A stretch of 64,000 nucleotides of DNA from Camelus dromedarius (Eukaryota): contig NC_087436.1 in NCBI RefSeq assembly GCF_036321535.1, positions 121,088,001 through 121,152,000 of the forward strand. The letters run 5' to 3'. The first letter of the stretch is position 1. Each line of letters begins with the position of its first letter. A program made the position numbers and the translations under genes. The notes under the pieces are model-generated. The model saw only the letters and a list, made by a program, of their open reading frames with translations. It ran no database searches and was not told the origin of the DNA. Of this stretch, positions 63,076 to 64,000 are shown one piece after another.

Positions 63076-63289
63076 CCCTGGGCCCCGGGGGCTGCCCGAG
63101 GCTGCCCTCCTTGTTCGCGCCTCCTCCGGCGTGTCCAGGCCTGCGGCCAGTCAGACAGGTGAGGCCTCCCGCTGCTCTCTGTGGCCCTCAGGTCAAGGGA
63201 GGCCAGGCCCCTGGATTCCAGAGACAGTTAAAGGCCCCGCGGGGAGAGCCAGGGCGGGAGGTGGAGAGAGCTGGCCACGGAAAAGGACA

Positions 63290-64000
63290 AGGCGGTAAGA
63301 AAAAACAATTTTATTTCCAGTCTAAGAATGTATTACAAACTGTGTCAGGTTTTAAAAATGTGAAAAAGCAACAAGCGTCTTCAGCCAACAGTGAAGGTAC
63401 AAAGCGGAACACGGACGGGCGAGCTGTGCGGGGCGAAGCCGGCCGAGCCCAGGTCGGAGGGACACAGGCCGCGCCCTCCCCGGGGCGCCTGGGATGGCAG
63501 AGCCAGCGCAAACCACGCAGCCGCAATCCATGCAGGTGAGCAGGCCGACTGCGGGGGGCGCGGGGGAGCACGTCGCCCGGGGGTGACCCGCGGGCAGGGC
63601 CTAGGGCCCAAGAGCGCGAATGGACGCCCCGAGCCCTGGCATCCTCTGGTCCTGACCGCTGGCCCTCAGCCCAGCCAGGCGGCCGGCAGTTTCCCACAAG
63701 CTCCTGGCGGGCTGACCCAGACCCTGCCGGCCCCTCACCCCGGGAGCACTCAGGTTCAGGAAGAGGCGTGGGTGAGCTATGGGGGTCCCGGAGTTCTGAG
63801 ACCCAGACCCCACAAGTCCCCAGGCCTCCCGAGCCTCAGTTTCCTCCCCAAAGGGCGGGCCACCTGCGGTGCTGCTTCCGGAAGGAGGCACGGGGCAAGC
63901 AGGTGAAACTCGTCACACACACAACGGACGCGCAGGGAGGTTAGCCTCGGGTTCCTGCTCGGCTCGGGCATCTGTTCCTCGGGCCCTGGGGCTCTGCTGT
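63290..64000 (-). other. DOK7: Probable distal 3' UTR of canonical DOK7 last exon with proximal poly(A) site
   Basis: AATAAA on the - strand at 63315-63310 in a locally AT-rich patch, followed by a U-rich tract; position fits DOK7 synteny; coding part lies outside the window. Confidence 0.55.

Noticed and set aside
62370..63539. 389-aa ORF and the overlapping His/Cys-rich ORFs
   Set aside because: Products of a (CA)n low-complexity tract and high GC; antisense to DOK7; no recognisable domain

Overview
GC-rich mammalian genomic DNA, very probably camelid (tRNA-derived Vic-1-like SINEs). The window holds the complete 8-exon LRPAP1 (RAP) gene on the + strand: CpG-island promoter at ~27.6-28.4 kb, spliced CDS 27953-48992, 363 aa, ending in HNEL. 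The 3' end of DOK7 converges on it from the - strand: a likely canonical 3' UTR/poly(A) site near 63.3 kb, plus three further in-phase coding exons (60403-60445, 56430-56558, 56034-56170). These build a 102-aa alternative tail with a GRB2-type YVN motif and two FRS2/GAB-like tyrosine motifs. The first 27 kb is non-coding and repeat-rich: L1, L2, MIR, MaLR, several ERV1-class LTRs (one with a tRNA-Arg PBS), microsatellites and an unexplained TSD-flanked AT-rich insert. LRPAP1 intron 7 carries a 5'-intact, 3'-truncated RPL12 retrocopy inside an L1. Many old repeats show patchy AT->GC rewriting. Nearly all ORFs in the supplied track look spurious. Repeat family names and human orthologue comparisons are from recognition/memory, not from a search.
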